From positions 65,080 through 129,079 of the forward strand of contig CAIRUC010000025.1 in assembly GCA_903881665.1 (NCBI GenBank): 64,000 nt of DNA, read 5' to 3'. The notes beneath the pieces were generated by a model. That model searched no databases. It saw nothing but the letters and a program-made list of their open reading frames with translations, and was not told the origin of the DNA. This stretch comes from an uncultured Bacteroidota bacterium. Lineage in GTDB: Bacteria; Bacteroidota; Bacteroidia; AKYH767-A; OLB10. Shown here in pieces: positions 56,839-64,000 of the stretch (position 1 is the first letter of the stretch; each line of letters opens with the position of its first letter). A program made the position numbers and the translations under genes.

Positions 56839-59800
56839 GTGGAACTCAGCCAAATTTTAAAAATATTCAGTGATCGTGTGCAAAGCAGAGAATTATCATC
56901 GCTTTTGCTACAACGCAACCCAAAGAGAATCTCATTAGACGGACTTTCCGGCTCTTCAGATGCTCTGTTTTTGGCTGCCTTTTATAAGACAATGGTACAC
57001 CCTGCATTATTCATTCTTGGTGACAGAGAAGAAGCTGCATATTTTCAAAACGATATTGAAAATCTATTAGGAGAACAAAAGGCTTTGCTGTTTCCTTCTT
57101 CTTATAAAAAGCCATATCATCTCGATCAAACCGATAATAGTCAAGTATTACAAAGAGCAGAAGTATTAACTCGAATTAGTAAACATCCAAACAACTTCTT
57201 TATCGTTTCCTACCCCGAGGCGATTCATGAACGAGTGATTACAAAAAAGTCGCTCGAAAGAAATACGATGGAAGTAAAATTAGGAGAAATTTTGAATGTA
57301 GACTTCATTACCGAATTTCTTACCGAAAATAATTTCATTCGTACCGACTTCGTTTACGAACCGGGACAATTTGCAATTCGAGGTGGCATTGTAGACGTTT
57401 ATTCGTTTGCACATGAAATGCCATATCGAATCGAATTCTACGGAAATAAAATCGAATCGATACGTGCCTTTGACCCCTCTTCGCAACTGAGTGAACAAAA
57501 CATGGCCTTCGTAACTATAATACCGAATATACAATCAGGAATTATCACCGAAGCACATGAATCATTTTTTGATTTCATCCCAAAAGAAACGATTGTATAC
57601 GGAAAAGATCTCGACTACACGTATAACGCCATCGAAACATCGATGCAAAAAATTGAAGAACGATTTGGCGAAAAAATAGAAATTGAAGAAGAGCAAACAG
57701 TACGAAATATAGAAGACCTTTTCGATACAAAAGATCAATTCAAATTAAGTGTTGAAAATCATATTATTGTTGAATTTGGCTCGAAACCATTTTATGAAGA
57801 AGCAAATAGAATAGAATTTAACACAAAACCACAGCCGCATTTCAACAAAAACTTCAACATCCTTTTAGAGAACCTTTATAACAATCAAAAAAAAGGATAT
57901 GTCAATTTGCTGTTTAGTGATTCGGCAAAGCAGTCGGAGCGCCTCTACTCAATCTTCTCCGATTTGCCACGTCCTGAAGCGTTCAAAGGTGTAGAATTGA
58001 AATTCCATTCAATCCTCACTGCATTACATCAGGGATTCATCGATCACGATTTAAAACTAATTTTCTATACCGATCATCAAATTTTTGATCGATATCATCG
58101 CTTTCGTTTAAAGAAAAATTATAGCAAGAGCGAATCAATAACACTTAAAGATCTCTACAGTTTAAAGCCAGGTGATTTTATTACACACATTGACCATGGT
58201 GTAGGCCGATTTGCCGGACTTGAGACACTAGACGTAAACGGAAAACAGCAAGAAGCTATTCGCTTAGTTTACCGCGATAACGATATCCTCTATATTAGTA
58301 TTCACTCTTTACATCGTATTGCACGATTCACTAGTAAGGATGGGACTCATCCCTCATTAAACAAACTAGGATCCTCGGCTTGGGCTACATTAAAACTTAA
58401 AACCAAAAAAAAGGTAAAAGATATTGCGAAAGACCTAATAGCACTTTACGCAAAACGGAAAGCGCAAAACGGATTTGCTTTCACCCAAGATTCTTACTTG
58501 CAAACCGAGCTCGAAGCCTCCTTCATGTACGAAGATACGCCCGACCAATTAAAGTCGACGATGGATGTAAAACGTGATATGGAAAAAGAATACCCAATGG
58601 ACCGTCTCATTTGCGGCGACGTTGGATTCGGCAAAACAGAAATTGCGCTGAGAGCTGCATTTAAAGCGGCTACCGACGGAAAGCAAGTAGCCATATTAGT
58701 ACCTACTACCATTTTAGCGCTACAACACTTTCGTACATTTCGAGAGCGACTAAAAGACTTTCCAGTAAATATTGATTACATCAATCGATTCAAATCAAGC
58801 GCACAACAAACAGAAACACTGAAGAGACTTGCGGAAGGAAAAATAGACATCATCATTGGAACTCATCGTATACTCAGCAAAGATGTTAAATTTAAAGATC
58901 TGGGATTAATGATTGTTGATGAAGAGCAAAAATTTGGAGTAGCGGCAAAAGAAAAACTGAAATCGATTCGTATTAATGTTGATACACTAACACTAACGGC
59001 GACGCCTATACCAAGAACATTACAATTTTCATTGATGGGAGCTCGAGACCTATCGATTATAAACACACCTCCACCTAACCGACATCCAGTAACCACCGAA
59101 GTACATGTCTTTAACGAATCATTAATTAAAGACGCTATCAATTATGAAATATCAAGAGGTGGTCAAGTATTTTTCATCCATAATCGAGTACAAGACATAC
59201 ATGATATGGCTGCCGTACTCACGAAACTTTGTCCGGGAATAAAAATTGGAGTTGGCCACGGACAAATGGATGGCGACAAACTAGAAGATGTATTAATTCG
59301 TTTTATTGAAGGGGAGACAGACTTACTTCTTGCAACTACAATTATCGAATCAGGGCTCGATATCAGCAATGCGAACACCATGATCATTAACAATGCTCAT
59401 TATTTCGGATTAAGCGACTTGCATCAAATGAGAGGACGAGTGGGTCGTTCAAATAAAAAAGCCTTTTGTTACTTATTAGCACCGCCAATAACAGTACTTA
59501 CCCCAGAAGCTCGTCAGCGATTAAAAGCAATAGAAGAACATTCAGACTTAGGCAGTGGATTTCAGGTAGCAATGAAAGACCTCGATATACGTGGTGCGGG
59601 AAATTTATTAGGAGGCGAACAAAGCGGATTCATTTCTGAAATCGGATTTGAGATGTACCACAAAATACTCGACGAAGCGATTCAGGAGCTCAAAGAAACT
59701 GACTTTAAAGATATCTTCCCTGCCGACGAAAATGCGAGCTTCGTAAATGATTGTCAGATCGACACCGATTTGGAAATGCGTATTCCTGACACGTATGTAG

Positions 59801-60222
59801 AGAATATTGCCGAACGACTCAGTCTTTACAAAGAACTTGATGAAATTAGTACTGAAGAAAAGTTAACCGATTTCGGGAATCATCTAAAAGACCGATTTGG
59901 ACCAGTACCACATCAAGTTTACGAACTAATGGATACCATCCGCTTAAGATGGAAAGCAAGGATGTTAGGATTTGAAAAAATTGTTTTAAAAAACAGAACA
60001 TTAAAAACCTATTTCGTATCCAATCAACAATCGGCATACTTCCAAAGCACACTTTTCAATGCTGTACTTCGCTTCGTGCAGGCCAACCCGCGACTCTGTA
60101 AGATGAAAGAAGAGAAAGGCAAGTTGAGTTTAACCGTAACACAAATGGATAGTATAAGTATTGCGAATGCGATACTTGAAAAAATGGTGCAATACCATCA
60201 ACCTACGATCAAGAACGACTGA
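56839..60222 (+). CDS. mfd: transcription-repair coupling factor Mfd
   Basis: 1127 aa with a GTG start. It has the RNAP-interacting block GDFITHIDHGVGRF, helicase motif I GDVGFGKTE, DEEQ(K)FG, and a TRG-like motif with QMRGRVGRS. Confidence 0.93.
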   Translation: MELSQILKIFSDRVQSRELSSLLLQRNPKRISLDGLSGSSDALFLAAFYKTMVHPALFILGDREEAAYFQNDIENLLGEQKALLFPSSYKKPYHLDQTDNSQVLQRAEVLTRISKHPNNFFIVSYPEAIHERVITKKSLERNTMEVKLGEILNVDFITEFLTENNFIRTDFVYEPGQFAIRGGIVDVYSFAHEMPYRIEFYGNKIESIRAFDPSSQLSEQNMAFVTIIPNIQSGIITEAHESFFDFIPKETIVYGKDLDYTYNAIETSMQKIEERFGEKIEIEEEQTVRNIEDLFDTKDQFKLSVENHIIVEFGSKPFYEEANRIEFNTKPQPHFNKNFNILLENLYNNQKKGYVNLLFSDSAKQSERLYSIFSDLPRPEAFKGVELKFHSILTALHQGFIDHDLKLIFYTDHQIFDRYHRFRLKKNYSKSESITLKDLYSLKPGDFITHIDHGVGRFAGLETLDVNGKQQEAIRLVYRDNDILYISIHSLHRIARFTSKDGTHPSLNKLGSSAWATLKLKTKKKVKDIAKDLIALYAKRKAQNGFAFTQDSYLQTELEASFMYEDTPDQLKSTMDVKRDMEKEYPMDRLICGDVGFGKTEIALRAAFKAATDGKQVAILVPTTILALQHFRTFRERLKDFPVNIDYINRFKSSAQQTETLKRLAEGKIDIIIGTHRILSKDVKFKDLGLMIVDEEQKFGVAAKEKLKSIRINVDTLTLTATPIPRTLQFSLMGARDLSIINTPPPNRHPVTTEVHVFNESLIKDAINYEISRGGQVFFIHNRVQDIHDMAAVLTKLCPGIKIGVGHGQMDGDKLEDVLIRFIEGETDLLLATTIIESGLDISNANTMIINNAHYFGLSDLHQMRGRVGRSNKKAFCYLLAPPITVLTPEARQRLKAIEEHSDLGSGFQVAMKDLDIRGAGNLLGGEQSGFISEIGFEMYHKILDEAIQELKETDFKDIFPADENASFVNDCQIDTDLEMRIPDTYVENIAERLSLYKELDEISTEEKLTDFGNHLKDRFGPVPHQVYELMDTIRLRWKARMLGFEKIVLKNRTLKTYFVSNQQSAYFQSTLFNAVLRFVQANPRLCKMKEEKGKLSLTVTQMDSISIANAILEKMVQYHQPTIKND

Positions 60223-60356
60223 TTTGAGTGAATTGAAGTTCCCCTTTGGCTAATACACCATCAATTTTCACCCCTTTTCGCTGATTATTCACCAAAATGA
60301 AGATAGTAAAGCTTGATAATTAGCTGTAATTGTGGGCGAATCAATCACACAAAAAA

Positions 60357-60461
60357 ATGACTACGATTATCTCTATCATCATTACAACTGCAGGACTTGC
60401 ATGTGTAATTTACCAACAGTACCTTGAACATAAGTCGAGAAGCACGAAAGGTCAACAATAA
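60357..60461 (+). CDS. 34-aa single-TM mini-protein (paralog A), not in the ORF track
   Basis: ATG...TAA translates to MTTIISIIITTAGLACVIYQQYLEHKSRSTKGQQ. A paralog lies at 61179-61280 with the same ACVIY core encoded partly by synonymous codons. Confidence 0.5.
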   Translation: MTTIISIIITTAGLACVIYQQYLEHKSRSTKGQQ

Positions 60462-60506
60462 TTCACGATTAGTTGAGTGATCGCTTCTTTTTTTCGCTAA
60501 GGTTTC

Positions 60507-60514
60507 TATCTTTG
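60507..60514 (+). promoter_or_regulatory. Bacteroidota-type -7 box (TATCTTTG) upstream of the SET gene
   Basis: Perfect TAnnTTTG match 21 nt upstream of the ATG at 60535. Confidence 0.45.
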
Positions 60515-60534
60515 CGGCCTCGTAAAGGGCAAGT

Positions 60535-61092
60535 ATGTTATATCTCAAGAAAAGTTTAATCCCCGGTGCAGGCAAAGGCCTGTTTGTAAAAAACACATTA
60601 AAACGCGGCGACATCGTATGCGAATACGAAGGAGAATTTGTACCATGGTCGGTATGTGAAAAGCGTGCTGAAGAAGGCCATGAAGGCTATGTATTCTTCA
60701 TTAGCAACAAAAGATGCGTTGACGCCTATTTTACACCAGAAGCAATGGGACGCTACGCAAACGATGCAAAAGGCATTGGGCGAGTAGAAGGACTTCGTAA
60801 CAATGCACAGTACGAAATCAAAGTTCGTAAAGGCGAAAAACGCGTATTCATAGTAGCCACTAGAACGATTCACCCTGATGGTGAAGTTTTAGTAGATTAT
60901 GGAAGCGATTATTGGAAGAACCTTGAAAAGACGAAACATCTTTACAAGAAACAACAAGAAGAGAAAAAACGACTTCGTGAAGAATCAAAGAAAAAAGTAA
61001 AAAAGGCAATTAAACCAGCGAAAAAAGCGAAATCGGCTAAAAAGAAAACTGTGAAAGCAGCAGCTAAAAAAGTGAAATCGGCTAAAAAATAA
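60535..61092 (+). CDS. SET-domain protein (putative lysine methyltransferase) with Lys/Ala-rich histone-H1-like C-terminal tail
   Basis: 185 aa. SET blocks are IPGAGKGLFV (GxG), MGRYANDA (the NH-motif position) and GEVLVDYGSDYW (ELxxDY). The tail reads KKVKKAIKPAKKAKSAKKKTVKAAAKKVKSAKK. Confidence 0.7.
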   Translation: MLYLKKSLIPGAGKGLFVKNTLKRGDIVCEYEGEFVPWSVCEKRAEEGHEGYVFFISNKRCVDAYFTPEAMGRYANDAKGIGRVEGLRNNAQYEIKVRKGEKRVFIVATRTIHPDGEVLVDYGSDYWKNLEKTKHLYKKQQEEKKRLREESKKKVKKAIKPAKKAKSAKKKTVKAAAKKVKSAKK

Positions 61093-61178
61093 TTCACATT
61101 TACTTGTTGGAAAATGGCTTAACAGCAAGTAAAATTATATATTCATTTAGATCAATTTTGTAAGCAATCTAAATGTAT

Positions 61179-61280
61179 ATGACCATATTATCAATAATAA
61201 TCGTTTCAGTAGGTTTTGCCTGCGTAATTTACACTCAGTTTAGTGAAATATTCACTGGAAAGAACAAGGCAAATCGCTAG
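61179..61280 (+). CDS. 33-aa single-TM mini-protein (paralog B), not in the ORF track
   Basis: ATG...TAG translates to MTILSIIIVSVGFACVIYTQFSEIFTGKNKANR. An in-frame ATG at 61173 would add MY. Confidence 0.5.
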   Translation: MTILSIIIVSVGFACVIYTQFSEIFTGKNKANR

Positions 61281-61366
61281 TTATAAAATTGACGAGTCAA
61301 CGAAATAAATACCCTGATATTAACACTATTGGGGTTTTTTATTTTTCTGAAACAGTAAACACCTCG

Positions 61367-62680
61367 CTAATTGCTTTTTCTACGGAACGACATTTTCTTC
61401 ATGCGAACAAATTGTGCATTATAAATGCCGAAATTGCCACTGAAATGAAACGCAACAAAGCAAACTACTCCGTAATACAATGCGTATTCACCACCGAAAA
61501 GCTCAACACCCAGAATAGCGCATGCCAATGGTGTATTGGCAGCACCTGCAAAAACAGCAATAAAACCTAGTGCAGCGAATAAATCAAGGGGAGCACCGCT
61601 AATCATAGCAATACTATTGCCTAGCGTAGCGCCAATAAAAAACAACGGGGTTACCTCTCCCCCCTTAAATCCCATACTTAGCGTAATTATAGTAAGGAGC
61701 AATTTCCAAAACCAAGCAGCATAACTAATATGCGTTGAAGTGAATGCCGAAACGATACTAATTCCAATTGGGCTCGAAGAAATTACACCTAATCCGAGGT
61801 AATCGAAAGTCCCCAAAGCATAACTAATTCCTACAATTAAAACAGACGCAATAATTGGAATAAGCAAAGGTTGCTTAATCAGTTTGGCCGATAGGTTTTT
61901 GAGCCAGTGAACAGAAAAAGCAAACAAGCGCGCAACCAAACCAAACAACACACCTGCTATAATTGTCAATAATAGTATTGAGCCATTGAAATGCAAATAA
62001 TTAATCAACAGCTTATCGGCAGAGTAATGAACAGTATAAATTGCATGAACAATACCACAAGCGATGCATGTATAATGACCAATAAAAGCAGCTATTAAGC
62101 AAGGTAGCCAAGCATCCCATTTTATTTGCCCAATAACAAGTACTTCGAGAGCGAAAACGGAAGCCGCAAGCGGAGTCCCAAAAACAGCTGCAAATCCTGC
62201 CGACATTCCAGCCATAAGCAGTATTCTTTTCTGATCGCTATTTAGATTAAACCTTTTAAGGAAATACGAAGAAATACCACCTCCTATCTGAACAGCGGTG
62301 CCCTCACGTCCGGCAGAGCCTCCCACCAAATGAGTGAGAACGGTAGAAAATAAAATAAGTGGAGCCAATCGTACAGGCACTGCATGCGTTGGCTGATGAA
62401 TTTCATTAATAATAAGATTGTTTCCAGCATCCGCATTTTTACCTGCCCATTTGTACGCCAAAAAAATAAGAATACCGGCTAGAGGAAGAAAAAAAACAAG
62501 CTGAGGAAACTGGAAACGAAGCACTGTAGCGCCATCAAGCATCCAAAGAAAAAAGGCAACAGACAACCCGGTGATGACGGACATCGGAATAATATAAAAA
62601 AGAGTAGACAAAAACTGTTTGATGTTCGTTTTACTGAAATAGAAATCTACATTATTTTTCATCCGTCTACAAATAAACAT
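61367..62680 (-). CDS. CLC-family anion channel/antiporter, CLC-F (fluoride/proton antiporter)-like
   Basis: About 437 aa, polytopic, with no CBS domains. CLC signature regions read GNNLI (in place of GSGIP), GREGTAVQIGG and GGEVTPLFFIGA. As I recall, this combination marks the fluoride-specific clade. The start could be the ATG at 62680 or at 62662. Confidence 0.7.
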   Translation of the reverse strand: MFICRRMKNNVDFYFSKTNIKQFLSTLFYIIPMSVITGLSVAFFLWMLDGATVLRFQFPQLVFFLPLAGILIFLAYKWAGKNADAGNNLIINEIHQPTHAVPVRLAPLILFSTVLTHLVGGSAGREGTAVQIGGGISSYFLKRFNLNSDQKRILLMAGMSAGFAAVFGTPLAASVFALEVLVIGQIKWDAWLPCLIAAFIGHYTCIACGIVHAIYTVHYSADKLLINYLHFNGSILLLTIIAGVLFGLVARLFAFSVHWLKNLSAKLIKQPLLIPIIASVLIVGISYALGTFDYLGLGVISSSPIGISIVSAFTSTHISYAAWFWKLLLTIITLSMGFKGGEVTPLFFIGATLGNSIAMISGAPLDLFAALGFIAVFAGAANTPLACAILGVELFGGEYALYYGVVCFVAFHFSGNFGIYNAQFVRMKKMSFRRKSN

Positions 62681-62981
62681 CAACAGTAAACAAATAAACT
62701 ACAGAATTTGCAGGCTTCATCATCTATAGAGTGGTTTAATAAATTAAGACACCTTTCCTATGGTAAATGCAAATATACATCTCATATAGACAGTGGCACA
62801 ACTTTAAGAACGAAAAAACTAAAATCAAGATAGAAATCATGCAAAAATCGTTTAGCAACGATGCCTAAAATACAATGCTATTTTATAAACCGCATTTACA
62901 AAAAAAAATCTGGCATGATGGTTGGGTTCCGCAAAACAAGAACCTCACAATAACATAAACTAAAACTAGGAGGCAAAAGCT

Positions 62982-63689
62982 ATGAAAAAGATCATCTACA
63001 CTCTATTGATCAACGCAATGATGATTAGCTGCGCGCACGCCACACACCTGGGTTCTGACTTAAAAATCCGGATGCATGATTACCGCGCAATGATTGTTGA
63101 ACTTGACAACATCAATTACAATTCACCTACAACAGAATTCAATATTGATGAATTAGCACCAGGAAGGCACCTAATCACTATCTGGACATTACGAACCCAT
63201 CACAACTCCGGAGGCCCACGATTAACTTACAGAGGTTATATCGATATTCCAGCACAATCAAGGGTAACGGCACGACTTACCGAATATCAGCAACTCAAGG
63301 TAGTAAGAATAGAACCAAAGTATGTTTTACCTGAAAACAATCAAACATACGAACCTTACGATCCTTATCAATATAACAACCCCTCTGCAGTAATGCTCGT
63401 ATGCAACCACTGCGGAAACTTCGAAGAACTAAAATCAGTCATTAGACATCAATCTTTCGAAAACACCAAGGTTCAAATCGCAAAAGAATACATGCATGAC
63501 AATCGAATTCGCACCAAAGAAGTTGCTGAATTAATGTATCTACTAACCTTTGAAAGTAACAAAATCGACCTAGCAAAATTCGCATATCAATTGGTGGATG
63601 ATCCACAAAACTACTTTAAGCTATACGATAAATTCACCTTCGATAGCAGCGTTAGAGAGCTTAGCGACTATATTCACACGAGATCATAA
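62982..63689 (+). CDS. secreted protein with C-terminal DUF4476-like domain (hypothetical)
   Basis: 235 aa with the signal peptide MKKIIYTLLINAMMISCAHA. The C-terminal ~80 aa (FENTKVQIAKEYM...LTFESNKIDLAKFAY...FTFDSSVREL) resembles DUF4476. AGGAGG lies 8 nt upstream of the ATG. Confidence 0.45.
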   Translation: MKKIIYTLLINAMMISCAHATHLGSDLKIRMHDYRAMIVELDNINYNSPTTEFNIDELAPGRHLITIWTLRTHHNSGGPRLTYRGYIDIPAQSRVTARLTEYQQLKVVRIEPKYVLPENNQTYEPYDPYQYNNPSAVMLVCNHCGNFEELKSVIRHQSFENTKVQIAKEYMHDNRIRTKEVAELMYLLTFESNKIDLAKFAYQLVDDPQNYFKLYDKFTFDSSVRELSDYIHTRS

Positions 63690-63708
63690 AGTACTAAAAC
63701 ACCCATTA

Positions 63709-63745
63709 AGCCCCGGTTCCCGTAAGAGCCGGGGCTCTTTTATTT
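63709..63745 (+). terminator. intrinsic terminator
   Basis: AGCCCCGG - 12-nt loop - CCGGGGCT followed by CTTTTATTT, 20 nt after the stop at 63689. Confidence 0.8.
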
Positions 63746-63878
63746 AGCGACATCCTCTAAAAAATACGGTATAAAATCAATTGTTATTCGGACAAATTAG
63801 AAACTACGAAATTTAATCTGATGAAAATCAGTTACTAAAACACTCAAGCAACTAACCCATAAAAAGTTTTAAAATCGC

Positions 63879-63886
63879 TACATTTG
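63879..63886 (+). promoter_or_regulatory. Bacteroidota-type -7 box (TACATTTG)
   Basis: Perfect TAnnTTTG match 33 nt upstream of the ATG at 63919. Confidence 0.4.
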
Positions 63887-63918
63887 CCGTCATTATATTT
63901 CTACGAGAAATTCCTGCT

Positions 63919-64000
63919 ATGGAACAAAATAATCAAGTAATTGACAACGTAATCATCAAGTTTGCCGGCGATTCCGGCGACGGGATGCAGCTTACTGGAA
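63919..64000 (+). CDS. korA: 2-oxoglutarate/2-oxoacid:ferredoxin oxidoreductase alpha subunit, N-terminal 27 codons (runs off right edge)
   Basis: Translation reads MEQNNQVIDNVIIKFAGDSGDGMQLTG. The (I/R)FAGDSGDGMQLTG block is the characteristic KorA N-terminus. Confidence 0.6.
   Translation, partial: MEQNNQVIDNVIIKFAGDSGDGMQLTG

Noticed and set aside
60345-60614. 89-aa minus-strand ORF overlapping mini-ORF A and the SET gene start.
   Set aside because: It is antisense to a motif-bearing gene and to the -7 promoter box, and its translation has no recognisable features. It is likely a shadow ORF. An antisense RNA here cannot be excluded, but there is no sequence evidence for one.
62710-62761. 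Fluoride (crcB-motif) riboswitch upstream of the CLC-F-like gene.
   Set aside because: The minus strand reads ATAGGAAAGGTGTCTTAATTTATTAAACCACTCTATAGATGATGAAGCCTGC. The AAACC and GATGATG...GCC pieces resemble the consensus. However, I cannot form the P1 stem, the P3 hairpin would be TCTA/TAGA with no loop, and the loop sequence is not complementary to the 3' GAAGCC for the pseudoknot.

Overview
This AT-rich window reads as core chromosome of a Bacteroidota bacterium. Supporting signs are gldC, tandem skp/ompH genes after bamA, three DUF6089-type barrel paralogs, a lipoamino-acid acyltransferase pair, many perfect TAnnTTTG -7 boxes and few Shine-Dalgarno sites. The left third is a complete minus-strand dcw block (mraZ, rsmH, ftsL-like, ftsI, murE, mraY, murD, ftsW, murG, partial murC), preceded by a textbook triple 10-bp MraZ operator. 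The middle holds housekeeping genes (engB, gldC, fbp, serA, pdxJ, nadK) and an outer-membrane biogenesis block (Omp85-like, 2x DUF6089, uppS, bamA, 2x skp, murI, ppiD-like, lptC-like, an OM barrel, coaX). The right third starts with tRNA-Phe and the only accessory-looking segment: an orphan receiver, an all-helical regulator-like protein, a membrane-anchored Fn3-like protein, a 2001-aa protein with about 20 PKD repeats, and an orphan histidine kinase. After that come gpmI, a third DUF6089, mfd, a SET-domain protein with a histone-H1-like tail, a CLC-F-like transporter, a DUF4476-like protein and the start of korA. I saw no rRNA, CRISPR array, transposase, integrase or recognisable defence genes, and no clear-cut novel multi-gene system. 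The best candidates for something undescribed are: (1) two paralogous 33-34-aa membrane mini-ORFs, absent from the ORF track, that flank the SET/H1-tail gene; (2) two ORF-free, hairpin-dense regions around murI, bracketed by near-identical terminator hairpins; (3) a 1116-aa Omp85-type barrel fused to a TolB-like propeller instead of POTRA domains; (4) the tRNA-Phe-proximal regulator/anchor/giant-adhesin module. All product calls come from motif recognition by eye and no database search was run.
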